Part shown: positions 62,331 through 64,000 of the stretch, one piece after another
Layout of the letters: every line of letters begins with the position of its first letter
Position numbering within the stretch: the stretch's first letter is position 1
DNA from: Dendrobates tinctorius
Lineage: Eukaryota
Direction of reading: 5' to 3'
DNA: 64,000 nt
Assembly (NCBI RefSeq): GCF_039654945.1
Contig: NW_027362050.1
Coordinates: 1,984,001 to 2,048,000 of the forward strand
The notes under the pieces: generated by a model
What the model was told of the DNA's origin: nothing
Database searches by the model: none
Seen by the model: only the letters and a program-made list of their open reading frames with translations
Position numbers and translations under genes: made by a program

Positions 62331-64000
62331 ATAAGTATTAGTGTTAAAATTTTAAAAAGAACAGAAATAATGTGTGTCACGTTCTGCATTGTATATGTAA
62401 GATTATTGAATAAGCTTCTAACGAGATTCTACTGGATTGGTTTTATGCAACATGTGGCACTAGTTTTCCTGTGGTAGCTAGTATATAATATAATTTATGT
62501 ATAAGTACCAAAGGACACAAACGTATGTCCACACAGTATCTTTTTCAGGTGGTTTTGCTCCAAAAACCTCCTGAAAAACTGCTAACTGATCGCTCAAAAG
62601 AATGAACATATGCAATTATATTTGAAAGCTCCTTGCTGTTTATATGTTCAACCTTTCAATTCAATTATTTACGTAATTCAGTTTTCCAAAGATGCTGAGT
62701 GGTTAAGTGAAATGAGCTGACCATTCTTCCAACGGTTTCTGGTCTTTTTTTTTTTTTTTTACAATAGAAGTCAATGGCAAAGCTCAAAAGGCTGCCGGGC
62801 TTCTTTTTGAGCGGTTTGCTAAAAAAAAACCAATGCCTGGAAAACACCAGTGCAAAGGACAATTCAAAAACCTTGAAAAAATGCTAAAAAAAAAACGCCA
62901 TTGGTGCAAAAAATTACAAAAAAATCCTTAAAATGACACTTTAAGAAAACAAAAAACAGTATCTTTTTCTAGAAAAACAGGGCAGAGAAATAACGTTGTG
63001 CGCACACATACCCCAACATCAGACTGGCAGGTTAGCGATATTCCGTCTGATGGGCTATTATTTGTGAAGCATATTGTTGGATTTATGTGTTTTTTAGGGT
63101 GATGTTTGGTATAAAATTTTTTACGTGGTGCAGACATTACGCAAAATACTGTATCAGAAGAACCTTTCCCATCATGATATGGTCACTAAACACTTTTTCC
63201 CATCTTATAATGAATCCAATGAGCCTTTATTATTAGGGTGCCACTTCTATGTTTCCCATTCGCATCCCTAGACTTTCCCTAAATCCATGCCCGGTGTGTG
63301 TGGTGTTCGTTATATGGGTCTTGTACACAGGATTTCCTGAGCTCCTGAGCCTGTGACGTAGCACACCTCCCATTATCTCCATTCTTTCCCCCTCCCCCAG
63401 TTCTCTTTCTCCCACTCTCTCCCCATCAGCTGCAGGAGCAGGTTAGTCGTGTCTTTATATTGATCCTCTTTCCTTCGTATCCTCCGTTTTGCCATGAAGC
63501 CATCATTTCGATACCATGTCTGGTTTTCTAGATGTGATCCTTCTGCTTTCCTCCGCTTTTCCTTCTCTTCTCCATACCTCCCTTCTCCTCCTCCTATATC
63601 TGCATCTGCCTTTCTCTTTGTATTTCTCCATTTCCTCCACCTTGCGTCTGTATGGTGTAGATATATATATATCCTCTGCATGCCGTCTGCTTTGTGTCAT
63701 TGGCAGGTTTTTAGCAATCCTGTGGCCCTGCGATCACAACGCTGGCTCTGCGTCTATGTGTTGGATTCCTTCTCTTTTTTTATTCCGCTCTGCTTCTTCC
63801 ATTTTAGCGGATTACTTTCATGCCTCACTTGCCATTTGCTTGTTCCTTGCATGATTAAGCCTTTCTCAGGTCTTTTCGCAATTGCTCGTTCTTAGCGTTT
63901 CCAGATTTCCTTTTTGCATCCTTCCTATCTACCATGTCTCTTCCCCCATTCCCTCTGTCATTCTTCCTCCATCCCTGTCTATCAGCCCACTGTATACCCT

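Noticed and set aside
63226-64000. Possible 3'UTR or last exon of a minus-strand gene (AATAAA near 63226)
   Set aside because: No conserved coding signal; cannot be supported without transcripts or flanking sequence.

Overview
Eukaryotic genomic DNA. The repeat families and gene content fit a vertebrate, most likely an anuran amphibian; the taxon is an inference. Two host genes lie on the minus strand. EFEMP2 (fibulin-4) is present only as its 5' part: coding exons 3171-3251, 479-527 and 141-374, running off the left edge. FIBP is complete, with 10 coding exons (33683 to 11539, 1071 nt, 356 aa, all GT-AG and phase-consistent), a probable non-coding first exon and a CpG-rich CRE/E-box promoter near 37.9-38.0 kb. 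The rest is transposons and repeats: two degenerate full-length DIRS1-type tyrosine-recombinase retrotransposons facing tail-to-tail across FIBP coding exons 2-4; Penelope-like insertions carrying minimal hammerhead-ribozyme motifs (one is a 119-bp-arm palindrome with a 12-bp TSD inside DIRS #2); a Tc1 element split by a 5.2-kb hAT element that itself holds a MITE; Helitrons; a piggyBac-like element carrying telomere-like repeats; a fold-back hATm-like element; L2-type LINE ends; solo LTRs; MITEs and minisatellites. No host gene was recognised between 38 and 64 kb. I cannot show a wholly new system. The best leads are the inverted DIRS pair bracketing FIBP exons (predicted circRNA/dsRNA), hammerhead motifs in FIBP-sense RNA, and the transposase-containing hairpin element.
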